This document shows, in pieces, positions 1 through 12,902 of a stretch of 64,000 nucleotides of DNA. The number at the start of each line of letters is the position of its first letter. The stretch's first letter is position 1. The translations under genes and the position numbers were made by a program. The notes under the pieces were generated by a model. It was given only the letters and a program-made list of their open reading frames with translations, searched no databases and was not told where the DNA came from. The stretch is from Haliotis rubra (Eukaryota), in NCBI RefSeq assembly GCF_003918875.1, contig NW_025767123.1, forward strand, positions 620,001 through 684,000. The letters run 5' to 3'.

Positions 1-90
1 GCTTCACACATTGTACCCATGTGGGGATTCGAACCCGGGTCTTCGGCGTGACGAGCCAACGCTTTAACCACTAGGCAACTCCACCGCCCC
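1..90 (-). mobile_element. SINE family A (tRNA-derived, about 165 bp), partial at the window edge
   Basis: Reverse complement of the family A head, with A box and B box (ggttcgaatcc). Confidence 0.85.
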
Positions 91-371
91 GTGTAGTGTA
101 ACTAATAACACACATATGTAAACTTGGTTTCGTCGTTATAAATCTGAAACTGCCGATGCGGCGTTAAATTATGACTCACTCAAAAGAGGCATTCTATCAG
201 TTTCTACATATCTGTTGATTGTCAGAAATCTGTTTTCGTTCAAATTACAAGAAACCTCAAACAAATGATTAACCGCCTAACCTCCCGTTTCAATCAGGAG
301 CATGATATTGTGATTTGAAACTTACCGAAGAAGAAGCACATTATGGTAACAACGAACTAACCAATCAGAAA

Positions 372-601
372 GGTCCAGGTTAGAATTTGTCTTCAGCAAT
401 CCATGTTTGGTGTAAGAGGCGAGTAACGAGATCGGGTGGTCAGGCTCGCTGACTTGGTTGACACAGGCCATTGTATCCCAGTTGCGTAGATGGATGCTTA
501 TGATGTCAGTCACTGGATTGTCTGGTCCAAAGTCGATTATTTTCAGACCAACGTCATATAGCTGGAATACTGCTGATGTGGTGTTAAACAACAAACTAAC
601 A
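372..601 (+). mobile_element. Short retroposon family B (about 250 bp, no tRNA head)
   Basis: Matches the other B copies; TSD aaccaatcagaaa. Confidence 0.85.
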
Positions 602-2361
602 AACCAATCAGAAACATGATATTGGGATTTGAAACCTACGAATTACTAGTCAGGGACATGGTGTTCAGATTTGAAACACCTCACAGATTAAGAGCCATAT
701 ATATACTAACATTGTCAGCTAGAGGTTGTGGGCGACATTGTTCATTGACGTCCATCATACGGAAGGTTGGAATTGTCCCGGGATTTGGAATCCCTAATAA
801 CCTTTTCTGACCAAAGAAGACCAACGTAAGTGCATAAGAGGGTTAGCAGAAATGCAATCAAGCGAGTGATGGACTGTGACATATTGTAAGGATGTTGATA
901 CAAATCTTGTAACCGTCAGATAGGGTATATAAAGGGGAATTGAATAGAACTAGTTAAGAAACCATTAACCCAGATTTGTCAACCCTACCCTAGTTATATT
1001 TTCTGGTTTGTCATTCCAAATAGTATACGTTATTCAATACTTTTATCATTTGTATTTCCCGTGGTTGGACCATTAGCTACGATGTGAACAGAAAGTGTTC
1101 AAATGCGCATGGTAAAAGGGCAAGAGTTGCTGGCTTTTGAGAACTGTATTTCGTGAGTTCCACTATAAACGTTTGTTTCAACATCTTCATCAGGTGAATT
1201 TATCTTCAGTTTGAGCCAACATTTGCATAACAGATCTTTTTCACGTCTGTCCATACTTTTCAGCCAAACACATTCAGGTAAAATTTAAATATAGAAACGA
1301 TAAGTGGGACGCGCTCATGAATTGTGGCCATTTGACATTTCTCCTTTCTGCAAACTTGAATTTAATAATCCAGTTTAATCTGGCAATAACTGGTCACCTC
1401 CCTGACGGCAGACAAAATCGAAAGGGTACACTTGACTAATATCAAGAATGGACAACGAAGTTCAAACACTGACGACGTTTTGACGATGACCATCTGTGAT
1501 GTCGTCAAGGATACAATGGAATATGTAAAAAAACACAATATAATTAAAGACATGTTGCCTAAGGTCGCGTATTGCTTTGCATCGAATGTGGATGGCACGG
1601 AAATATTCTCAAACTATAATGCTCCTCTGTTGAGACATTGCTTCCTGTTCACGGCGATTTGTAAACCCACCAGGAGAATTTCACGCGAGGCATCACGAAA
1701 CGTTCGTATATATTTTCTCAAAACATTGCATAACAAACTTTAGCTATTATGATTTCTTTTACGGTGAAACTCTCGTTCATATGTGCTTAAAATATTTTTA
1801 AAATGTAACTTCTGTTAATTATACTTATACGCAAAACGGTTTTTACTGATTGCTATCCGATATGTCTCTCTGGTAACGTGTGAAGTTGTCGTGGTATATA
1901 AGAACGTCTATCGCAATACGCTGTGCACTAACAACCTTCGCTTTTGTTGCAATTTGAAAGTTAACATGGATCTATCTAATGCAATAACCAAAGCAACGAC
2001 AAGTGATACATTCAGAATACAGAGGACCAAATATGCCTCCGTTTACGTTGCAGTTTATGGGTACTCGTTAAGATTGTAATGACTCGGAGGCATTTACCCT
2101 TTTAGCGTTTTAGCGTCTCACGGGCGGCATGTATTGGATACTCTTTCGGAAGCTGAGAATGAAACTCAAGTGCACACTGGTCGGTTTCCGAGAGCAATAA
2201 TGTTAGAGCTTCGAGTATGCATAATTTGTGTTATGTATTATTATTCATAAATACACGAATCATTTTGGATCATCGCGTATGCACATTTCCACTCATGACC
2301 TGTGGTAAGTAGTTCCTTGGGTATGATTCCACCTTCAGTGGAACCAGTTGATGCTTGGGGT

Positions 2362-2363
<2 letters not shown>

Positions 2364-2437
<74 letters not shown>
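2364..2437. repeat. (TG)n microsatellite
   Basis: Seen directly in the sequence. Confidence 0.97.
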
Positions 2438-2535
2438 TTGTTCTGTTGAATATTGGCTTTTTTATGTTTGTTTTATTTGTCGGTCTTTTGGGTTTTTTTC
2501 TATGTTTATTGCTGTTTTGTGTTTTATTTTTTTTA

Positions 2536-2667
2536 NNNNNNNNNNNNNNNNNNNNNNNNNNNNNNNNNNNNNNNNNNNNNNNNNNNNNNNNNNNNNNNNN
2601 NNNNNNNNNNNNNNNNNNNNNNNNNNNNNNNNNNNNNNNNNNNNNNNNNNNNNNNNNNNNNNNNNNN
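2536..2667. other. Assembly gap (N run)
   Basis: Seen directly in the sequence. Confidence 1.
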
Positions 2668-2724
2668 TTGGGGTGTTTTTTTGTTTGGTTGGTTGTTGTT
2701 GGTTTTGTTGGTTTTTTTTTGGGG

Positions 2725-2947
2725 GCTGATTTACGCCGCACTCAGCAATATTTCAGCTATATGACGCCGGGCTCGAGTCTGGACCAGACAATCCAGCGTA
2801 CAACAGCATGAACATCGATCTACGCAAATGGGATTGGATGGCATGTGTCAACCAAATCAGCGAGCCTGACCACCCGATCCCGTTAATCACCTCTTACGAC
2901 AAGCCTGGGTTGCTAGAGATCAATTCTGACCTGTATCTTCACGGGTC
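2725..2947 (-). mobile_element. Short retroposon family B
   Basis: 5' end gacccgtgaagat on the minus strand; gtcgtaagagg core. Confidence 0.85.
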
Positions 2948-3744
2948 GTCACAACGCTAATTCAGATAACTCATCACCATGAGTTTGTATCAGAGTAAGG
3001 AGATATGACAAGGGCTTTTGAATAATGTAAATGGAACATTCTCGGAACAAGCTCTTCCAGGCACACCCATGTTGAAGTATTTCTAATTTATCTGGGTTTT
3101 TTGTTGTTGGAATAATTACAATCAACACATTAATCGGGACAATTTCCGTGTCTGAAAAATCCTTCATAAATATCGAAATGTCAGGGTAGTTGTTCCGACC
3201 ACAATCACATGGTCCAAAACGCCATTACGTTTTTATTGAATATTATCTAACTAAGGAGTGTAATTTTCACCCGAAATCTCCTCTTAAACTCACATCTTAC
3301 TCACATTTAACTTCAACCATTGATGCCGTAAGCTCGTCTTCACCAGAACGTTTCATGGTATTACAGAACATAAAATCGTTCGGCGTTCAAACGACGTGGT
3401 TTATGGCCGATTTATTCTTGAGAGGGGGAATTTGGGCAAAACCTTAACGACAACAAAATCAAATTTTCTTGTTCGTGTTATTGATATCTTTTAGTAGGGT
3501 TTCTTTCAGTGCTAGAAATCGCTACTTTCAGTATTGTGCAACTTCACGTTCACGTCTCGACTTCCTGGTTATATGGTTAACGTCAATCATACAGACGTTG
3601 GCGACGTAATAAAGATCGTTCACATTGTTGTTCTGATCCATTTGTCGTATGTGTATCAAGATGGAATGAATCACGTATGTAATTGTAAAATTGCAAATTT
3701 GGATTTGGATCTAAATAATGGTTTTAGATGTGGTAGAATTAGTA

Positions 3745-3910
3745 GTGGGTGTCTGAGTTTATTTTTACGCCGCTTTTAGCAATATTCCAGCAATATCACG
3801 GCGGGGGACACGAGAAATGGGTTTCACACACTGTACCCATGTGGGGAATCGAACCCGGATCTTCGGTGTGACGATCGCACGCTCTAACCACTAGGCTACT
3901 CCACCGCCCC
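3745..3910 (-). mobile_element. SINE family A
   Basis: Full-length match to the other copies; imperfect TSD ggtag(a/t)attagta. Confidence 0.88.
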
Positions 3911-3926
3911 GGTAGTATTAGTACGT

Positions 3927-3961
3927 AGTAGTAGGAGTAGTAGTAGTAGTAGTAGTAGTAG

Positions 3962-3991
<30 letters not shown>
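3927..3991. repeat. (TAG)n(TTG)n compound microsatellite
   Basis: Seen directly in the sequence. Confidence 0.92.
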
Positions 3992-3992
<1 letters not shown>

Positions 3993-4936
3993 GACTTATC
4001 TACTTATTCATTTTCTTACTTATGGCAAGTTTGCATATAACCTGTTATATAAGAAAGAAAGAATACTGGTGGCTTAATAAGTCTTTTCATTGCTCAAAGA
4101 CATTGGCAAGGTACTGTCATTACAAGTTCTTTAGGTGCATAATCCTTAAAACAGTTTATTTGTGATGAAAGAGAATACGTTCCAACGAGTGTGTTATCTG
4201 TAATGATAAATGTTTGAATTACTTCTGCTCTGAGTCTATTTCCCCGTTCTGCCATTAACGTTACCCAAAGCTACAAGCGTGATTATAGTCCTTAACCTTT
4301 CAGACACGCTGATTGGTTGAATGAAACCGAGGCTCTCTGTTAAGAGACCGAGGCTATGATGGATGGCTGCCAGCACGTGATAAAGGAGCTAGACGATATC
4401 CTGATGAATATGATATTAATTTATTGACATTCATAGCGGAAAATGAAATTTCGCTGGGTTCAAGGCTACTTTATTGCCCGTGGTGACAAGGCACACATTG
4501 AGGACAGAGGAGTTATGATGGCTTAGCGCAAGTGTTGCGGCAGAGAATGAAGTTCATCAAGGTCACAAAAATGAAGGACGATGGCTCGACGTTCATCCCC
4601 ACTATCGACTCACTTTATTACCAATATATGGTCAATAGCGAGGAGCTTAGCAGACTTGAACCTCTCTGGGAGAGTAAACTTAACGTTAACTGTTCATGAA
4701 CAGTGATATCCGAACCATCAACCGTTACAGTAATGCGAGACGAATTGGTAATATGATTGTGTTCATATTCCGTTACGAAACAGATTATGATATACTACCA
4801 ATGAATGGAAATGAAACATTATAACATATTTAAGAACTACATGCCCATACATTCAACAACACTCATTGCTTTAGAGAGTTTGTTAATCTCGAGTTACTAA
4901 ATGGTTATCATGATTGCTTACTGGTTATATCAATTA

Positions 4937-5219
4937 GGCCACTTAAAAAATATTCTTGTTTCTCGTCACTTTTTAAAAACAAATATGGGTCGGGTGGGCG
5001 GATTTTATTTTTACATTTATGTCCAAAACCGCTTGATTACTGTGGAAATTTAAACCTTTTCTACGCTAGAAAATCCAAACTTTAAAGTGTGAAAAATTCA
5101 TGCACATTTTGAGAGTCAAAGTTGCATTTTTTCTTGTGTAATTTTTTTTAAGTCTTCGAGTGGGGTCGAATTTTTTGGTAGGGCGGTAATACGAAACAAA
5201 AATATTTTTATATATGGCC
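4937..5219. mobile_element. PIF/Harbinger-like MITE
   Basis: Imperfect TIRs of about 30 bp starting GGCCA, with TTA directly repeated on both sides. Confidence 0.7.
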
Positions 5220-5821
5220 TTACTGAAATTCCGTAAAATTACAAACGGATATCCGAAGCATTAACCGTTACAGTAATGTGAGACGAATTGGTAATATGAC
5301 TGTGTTCATATTCCGTTACGAAACAGATTATAATATACTACCAAGACATGAACGAATGGAAATGAAACATTAAAACATTTTAAGAGCTAAACTACATACA
5401 CCCATTTCTCATGATGACAAAAACAAGACAAGGTATGTCTATTCGAAGGTGATGTAGTTGATTTAGTATGATTGATTCTGGGCAATACGTTTCGTGTGTT
5501 TCGGTGGCTGTTTTCAGCCTAGTATTCGGGTCCAAGTCAGTTTCCAAATGTATGCTTTCTTTTGCCTTGCTGTTTAGTAACATACAACGCGTATGTTACA
5601 ATCTCTGTATCAGGTATGTGGATTTTGTTTTAGTAGAGTATTCCCCACTTGCAATTCGTGTCGAGAAACAGATGACGTTATATGACGTGACGTGAATATA
5701 TCTCATTATTTGAACTAATTGGATATTATTATCATCTTTGTTGTTGGCACCGATCATGATCTTATTCCATACGTGTGTTGCCTGGATGATATATCTACCC
5801 AAACATTTATATTCGTACGCA

Positions 5822-6237
5822 TCAATCTCTTACCAAGACAATACCCCCAAGTGTTGCATTTCAAACTCTTACCAATAAAATACCCCAAGTGTTGCATTTC
5901 AATCTCCAACCAATAAAATACTCTAAATGTTGCATTTCAATCTCCTACCAATAAAATACCCCAAATGATGTTGCATTTCAATCTCCTACCAATAAAATAC
6001 CCCAGATGTTGCATTTCAATCTCCTACCAATAAAATACCGTAAATGTTGCATTTCAATCTCATACCAATAAAATACTCTAAATCTTGTATTTCAATCTCC
6101 TACCAATAAAATACCCCAAGTGTTGCATTTCAATCTCCTACCAATAAAACACCCTAAAATGTTGCATCTTAATATTTTACCGATGAAATAACCCAAGTGT
6201 TGTATTTCAATCTCTTACCAATAAAATACTCCAAGTG
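5822..6237. repeat. 38-bp minisatellite, about 11 copies
   Basis: Unit caatctcctaccaataaaataccccaagtgttgcattt. Confidence 0.92.
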
Positions 6238-7124
6238 TTAAAGCTTGTGATGATGTGGGGTTTTTTTCTTCTTCGAACTTATCTTGTGTTGGCACAGAAA
6301 CATAACAAAAAAAAACATATTTAATTTTGTTATTATTTTTGTCATTTTTCCAACCGATGCCTTAAAACTTGCAAAAAGATGATCAAGAAAACAATGTTGA
6401 AGTTTCATAAGCTTTGCCTGAGGGTCTGACGTTTTTATAAAACGTAGATTGAAAGCTGGGTGAAGGAGGATATTTTCATCAAACGACTGTTTCTGCTTTG
6501 TTTCGTCAAAAAATGCTTTGTTTTATGAAACACCGCCACTTGAAATGTAAATACCAGCACCCAGGGGCGGAAGTCTCTGGATGTTTAGTTCTCGGAAATA
6601 CTAATCAAAGTAATGTCTTAAAGGTAGGAGATTTTTTGTTCTTTTCAAAATCGCACGCGAATCCAAACAACACTGCAGAATGACATTTAGATACTTCACT
6701 AGCATACTTAATATTGCTTAAAGATATTAAAACCCAATAGGATTTCAATTTCGTAGCCAACCAACACTTTTTCGACGAAGCCTCTCTTAATTATCTGTAT
6801 TGCCATAGTCAGGCGAGTTGATTAATTTATTTTTTTAGTTTTAGTTCTAGAAATGTTAGGTGTTTGTAAACAAATTGAGTTTAAATGACAAAGTGTGTTT
6901 GTGTGTTTTGAGTGGTATTTCAGAAGCACTTTGAAGTACTGCTATGTTTTAAAAGTATAAAGTTTATCCATTGAACTGAAGAGCAAAAGCAAGTATTTAC
7001 TTGAAAATTGATTTTGATTAAAACATTACAAACCTTTTGAAAACTTAACAGTCCTGAACACACAACAAACGTAAAGGAACTATTCTATCCGTATCAAATA
7101 CATGTACACCACCTTCGAATAGAA

Positions 7125-7190
7125 GTGAGTGAGTGAGTTAAGTTGTACATGGGTTACTGAAGGTTCATTCTAACCCGGACCTTCATGGGT
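7125..7190 (-). mobile_element. 66-bp mini family B element
   Basis: The 5' 43 nt or so of family B joined to the (actc)n tail; perfect 14-bp TSD accttcgaatagaa. Confidence 0.85.
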
Positions 7191-7246
7191 ACCTTCGAAT
7201 AGAAATGACTTGCCACCATTTAACATAGGTGTATTCTTTGCCTGGT

Positions 7247-7537
7247 GGGGCAGTGGTAACCTTGTGGTTAATGCGTTCGCTCGTCACGCCGAGGGCCAGG
7301 GTTCGATTCCCCACATACGTACACTAGGTGAGGTCATTTCTGGTGTCCCCCGCCGTGATGTTGCTGGAATATTGCTAAAAGCGGCGTAAAACCAAACTCA
7401 GTCAGTCAGTCGTCACGCCGAGGGCCAGGGTTCGATTCCCCACACAGGTACACTGTGTGAAGCCCATTTCTGGTGTCCTCTGCCGTGATATTGCTGGAGT
7501 ATTGCTAAAAGCTGCATAAAATACACCTCATTCACTC
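7247..7537 (+). mobile_element. SINE family A head-to-tail partial dimer
   Basis: A full copy followed by a 5'-truncated copy, with a single TSD tgcctggt around both. Confidence 0.85.
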
Positions 7538-9740
7538 TGCCTGGTTTATATAGACATCGGAATGACCCAGATAGACGGTCTTGATAATATCCAATCATTA
7601 TGCAAGCAGGAATAATTATGTGCCGGGGATGTCAAATTATATCCTGGGATATCAAAATCACCTCGTGTTCTTTCAGGATAAAATTCGAAATGCATTCATG
7701 TTCATTAGCGACCATAAAGACACCAAACAAGTTAGTATCGCCATCTCATTACTCCAAACTATCTCGGGATTTATCCATATATCATATAAACGTCTTTTGA
7801 GACGCCCCCTAATCAGTGCAGTTTGAAACGGCGTGATGAATGGTGTCGCAATGCGTGATAAATGACGTAGCACATCGTGATAAGTGATACGTATTAGAGA
7901 TTATATCGGTTGTGACGACTGAATAATACAATAGATTGCCAGACTCTCGCTAGTTTGTTACCGTCGAAGGACCAGCATTTGTATTCATAGTCTGTCCATT
8001 TGGACTCACAACGTCTGAGGATGTGTCCTGGTGTGATATTCCTTTACTGCTCAGAGGGGAAGTATTTCTTCGCGCATGCGTCACTAATAAACGATGGTAT
8101 CTTGTTCGTGCGGATTGTATTCCGGTTGTCGTTAGGACACATGACTTCATGAACTTCTTTTACCTTTTAGTGTCCGAATTCTGGAATAAGTTAGCTTCGG
8201 TCTCGATGTTCACGGAACGGGGTTTTGTCTCCATATACGTTGAGTGATATATGATCTCGATATGATCACGAGTGGGTTTTCAGTGCCTGTAGACCAGCAT
8301 GTCAGCATACAAGTAGACTTGTTTGTGCATAAAGTGTAACAGCAATGTTAAAGTGAATTTCACCTCATAGGTGACCATAGCCAGGCACCCATAGCCGTTA
8401 CAGCCTTGTCACTCACGGGCTGATAACATCTTCACTGCTGAGGGGTAGCAAATGGGAGACTATTTGGAAACCCACGGGGTTTTGGAGGTTTGCGCCCCGG
8501 CCTTTAAACATTGCCAGCATGCAAGTAGACTTGTTTGTGCATAAAGTGTAATAGCAATGTTAAAGTAAATTTCACCTGATAGACCGTAGGAACAAAGTTT
8601 TCGTATAACTCGTGTGCGTGTGTATGATTCTAAGAAACCGAAGATCATAATCGAGTGGTTTGTGAAACTTTGATAACAGGATCCTGATATGTGTAAGGGA
8701 CATGATATTGCTCAAGGAACTGTCGCTCCTAACACTACTAACTATCTTGTCCGGGAATGCAGTTCCTAAATCATATTTAATTTTGTAAATTGAATCCCAA
8801 TTTCTATTTGCAATACACCTTCCTTCAAGCCCTCGCATAGCTTCAATGAATCTGATCTATTATAGCAGTTCAGTATAAGGGTTTCTTGTGCAAGGTAAGG
8901 TATTTACTGATTTGATTTCCACAGTAGACGATGTAATCATCGCTAGCTGAGATTCTCACGTCGTTCAAAGTAGCGGGAAGACGATTCAATAGGGCACGGA
9001 GTGTGGGAAGTGATCTCCGATAGTCACTGTCCCTCTCTCAAGTCTTCCATTAATCCGGGCGAGTAGCACGGTGCTATCTTATTGCGTTGAGCGAGCAACA
9101 ATCACTAAATTGATCTGCTAGCGATCAGCTGGAGGAATTATCACCTTACCAAAACTCTCGACAACCGACTGATAGCTTCTTCGCTGCGAAACTTCCTCAG
9201 CCAATCAATAAAGACTGCCTGAGATAATGTCGTGATTTTTCAAGATGGCGAACGAAGTGTCGTCTGCTTGCATACCTGGGAACACGGCTTCAGGGTACTC
9301 AGCAGTCTCGCTTCATGCCGCGATGGTGATGCTAGACGTTTGTAACTTCTCTTATTTGACATGGAAGTACGACAATCGTACCAAGGCTTTGTGTTAAGTG
9401 GCTGTGGTTAATGTAACACCGAATACAGAATGTCATGGATCATTTTTTTTTACAAAACGAAATCTGAAAATATAACAGAATCCACTTGCATATAAAAACG
9501 GAATATGACGGCAACACATCAGCTGCTTTGTGAGAGGGGTTTTGATCGGGGGGTATTTTAGCTGGTTGTTTTTGTTGGTGTTTTGGTTTTTGTCGGGGTG
9601 GGGAGATGGGAGTTGTTCCGTTGCGATTTATTGCTGATGTACTGAAAATATGTGATCGTCAATGCCCCTGGTTTATGTTTAAATACAATCAGAGATGTAT
9701 TCTTCGTTGATCCATTCGGATCAAATATTTGTTTGGAACT

Positions 9741-9897
9741 CGGACGGTAAAGCAGCTTCGTGGTTAAAGCATCCGCTCGTCACGCCGAAAACGCCGGTTT
9801 TTATTAATTTATCTAGATGGACGCAATGTTTAGCCCATCTCTGCTGTGATATTGCTAGAATATTGCTAAAAGTGGCGAAAAACCATATTCACTCACA
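9741..9897 (+). mobile_element. SINE family A, degenerate
   Basis: gtggttaaagc..ctcgtcacgccgaa head and gatattgctagaatattgctaaaagtggcg tail. Confidence 0.65.
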
Positions 9898-10990
9898 ATA
9901 TATCTCTCATAATCCCCAAATCACTCACACTCTGTTGAACATACATAAAAACGGCAGTCGTACGTCACGTCCTTGAAAACATGACCTTCAGGACGACGTT
10001 GCTCTCTCCTTCTTTAGTTTCGACGTATTCATGAGATGTGAGGCCCGTTCACAGTTTACACCAACGCCTGTAAGTAATCGACTCTGGAGCAGACAAACCA
10101 GTGATTGATAGAATGAGAGACTTTGCATGCCAATGAGGTCAAAGTCATAGAGACTGACCACCCGACTCATTAAGTCGCCTCGACATTGGGAGCTTGGGTC
10201 CCGGTCTAACGCCATACGATACAAGCACTGAGATGGACCCATAGAATCAGCAGCAGGATGATAAGTCGCAAAGATGTTGATCGAAACAACGCCATGACCT
10301 AACAGTGGAAAGAGTGAATTCTTGTCGATTAAAAAAACGAACATGATAGTCCGTTCCCTTGGTGCGAATTGGAAAATATAGATTCAGCAAAATGTTCCCT
10401 CAATGCTTCATTGACAATTTCTCAGAGTCAACTTAAATAATTATGGTATTTCTTATATATTCGGTCGGTGATTTCCATGGCAACCGACCACAACGAGAAA
10501 ATGAGTTGCTAGATCCATCTTAATGATTATAAAATAGGCATGGTCCTTCCAGGAGAAGTATTTTACATTTGGTGTCAAGGCAAAAACCGATAAATTACAC
10601 TATGAGTGCCTTTCCACAACTCGACTGAAAGTGGTAATGCAGGATTAATGGCATTACATTGGTTTGAACTACGGTTCACGTGGTACTGTTGAGTCTTGAC
10701 GGCGTGATGAATCTTGGTCATGTTGACGAACTTGTGAGAACATTTGCAGTAAACATACACCTACTCATGTTTCATCGTCTTATAGGTGAGGTGAAGTGAG
10801 ATGGTTTGGGTGAGGTTGGTTGAGATTAGGTTGAATACGGTTTGACGTCGCCTTTGAGATATTGGCGTGAGTACAGCGTGTACGTATGCGTATGTTTTGT
10901 TTGTTTGTTTGCTGTTAAACACCGCATTCAACAATACTCCAGCTATATGACTAAATAATACATGATCTGGACAAGACAATACAGTGATTG

Positions 10991-11360
10991 AAGAAGAAGA
11001 AGGGTTAATTTTGTATAAAGGCCAAACGACCCATCCTACAAGGTCGTACAATAGTGATGTTGGTTACCATTTTCATACAAGAACTTGACAAAATGATGTT
11101 ATTTTCGGATGATGTACATATGCTGCGGAGTGAATAATAATATCCATGGACCGTTTTCGGAATGTAACGCCGACGCATATCCTCATAGCGTTTACAAATA
11201 TAAACTATATGGATTTCATCCTCAATTCTTTTACAATGTTTACATAACACAATATCATCACTGCAGCAGGCAGTACCTCTTCTAATATATTTGATACCTA
11301 GTGCATTACACCCTGACGGTGTCCTGATGCATTGACACCTCTAGCATTGTTAAACGCAAA
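10991..11360 (-). mobile_element. Non-LTR retrotransposon 3' fragment inserted into a family B element
   Basis: CKHCKRIEDEIHIVYICKRYEDMRRRYI CCHC motif and a (TTC)n tail. Flanked on both sides by pieces of family B. Confidence 0.7.
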
Positions 11361-11544
11361 AGGGATATGATGATATGTGTCAACCAAGTCCGACCACCCG
11401 ATCTCGTTCATCGCCTGTTACAGCAAGCATGGTTTGCTGAAGACTGTGGTTGCTAATACTAGACGGACCTTATGCCAGTTTGACCGCTCTGAAACAGAAA
11501 GCGCAAAGCATTTAGGACATCCGACTCAGCGACTCTGTCTAAAG

Positions 11545-11640
11545 TATCAGGCAGGGCAAAAACAAGTACCATCTTTTAACGTCTTTCGGTATGACCACGC
11601 TGGGTATCGAACCACCGACCTTCGACAGTCCGACAGACAC
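11545..11640 (-). mobile_element. Family C-related SINE fragment
   Basis: The minus strand reads ggttcgatacc...gtcataccgaaagacgttaaaagatggtacttg. Confidence 0.6.
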
Positions 11641-11967
11641 ACCAAACACACAAAAGATGCGTAAAATAGTTAAGTCTATACACTTATGGTGATCCTTGGG
11701 AACAGATATTGCAAGAAGTAGTAGTAAAATCCTTCCTAAATTTACAAAAATTTACAACCCTTGTAAATATGATCTTTACCATTTTGGAAATTTTGTGAAT
11801 ATGATATTTACAAATTGTAACTTTTTGTAAATGACCATTATTTTTTCTTGTGCCACCCACTAGACCATGGTCAGATTATTGAACAAGTGAATGAATTTAT
11901 TAACAGCTACCAACCACATCTCAAGTGCAACCCGATCACGTTTGTGATAATTTCAGACAAAACGTAA

Positions 11968-12143
11968 ACAGCAAACTATGCTTATAACGAACACTCCACT
12001 AACGAACTGACATATATAAAGTCTGGGTTTGGTTTTGTCCAGGCCACATGCTTTATACTTAGTCGAAATGTGTAGCGAACAACGGTTATAACGAAATGTA
12101 ATTAGTTGTCCCTTTGATTTCGTTATAACCGTGTTTTACTGTA
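11968..12143. mobile_element. Degenerate Tigger-like MITE
   Basis: cagcaaactatgcttataacgaa versus the reverse complement of ttcgttataaccgtgttttactgta; an internal ggttataacgaa repeat. Confidence 0.5.
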
Positions 12144-12902
12144 TACATTAAAAAATAATCATAACAAATGTTAGTATGAAATTAATAATGCATATATACA
12201 GGACCACCAAAATCAAAAATGTATTCTCATTTTGCAATGCCTTGACTGCTGGGTTTTATCGGTGATGAGTGAGTGAGTTTGGATTTACGCCGCGTTTAGC
12301 ACTATTAAGCAAATTATGGCTGGGACGCCAGAAATGGGCTTCACATATTGTATCCATGCAGGGAAGGGTTTATCGGACTATCTGGTATACTGTTTACGTC
12401 TTAGTTCAATCGGGCGTTTACTGCAACGACATGAACTCAAGTTATACATACTATAATCATATTTATTATTTTTGTTGATATTCCAGATTGGTGGAAGGTT
12501 CCCCAATGGCATTATTCCTCATATATATCGATGAAATCTCGTTGACTCAAACTTGTTAAACTCGACTTGTATACGAGACCAGTGAAAACGCCTCGTCTGT
12601 TTAATATTTTCATTTATGCACAATGATTCGGAATGACAAAAGCCCTGAGCAACATGCAGGATACGCTTACCTTTTCGTAGCATCACTATGTGATAGTGTT
12701 TCATAAACACCATGATGATAATACACTTTTCGAGAACACGACTCTGATTTTAGCGGATATGATATTACGAACATGGAAAGGGTTTCGTGGGTTTTTTTTG
12801 CTTTTATTCATACTACCTCTCCCATATGTAACCACTATTGTCTTCGATGCGGCAATGTACGATACCTCAAAACTACAAACGTTTACATACCGCCATTTAC
12901 TT

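Noticed and set aside
1165-1200. Minus-strand CTGATGA...GAAA hammerhead-like core
   Set aside because: Stems I-III cannot be formed convincingly.
2217-2304. ATG-initiated segment ending at a phase-1 gtaagt donor as nAChR exon 1
   Set aside because: Poor signal-peptide character and no supporting exon 2. The 5' exons probably lie upstream of the window.
2241-2811. ORFs spanning the N gap
   Set aside because: Artefacts of (TG)n, T-rich sequence and Ns.
8702-8788. Signal-peptide-like MILLKELSLLTLLTILSG as nAChR exon 1
   Set aside because: No credible splice donor before the stop, and no RPV-containing exon 2 was found downstream.
9200-9260. CCAAT plus CAAGATGGCG promoter-like motifs
   Set aside because: Short motifs with only a short, unremarkable ORF and no exon structure.
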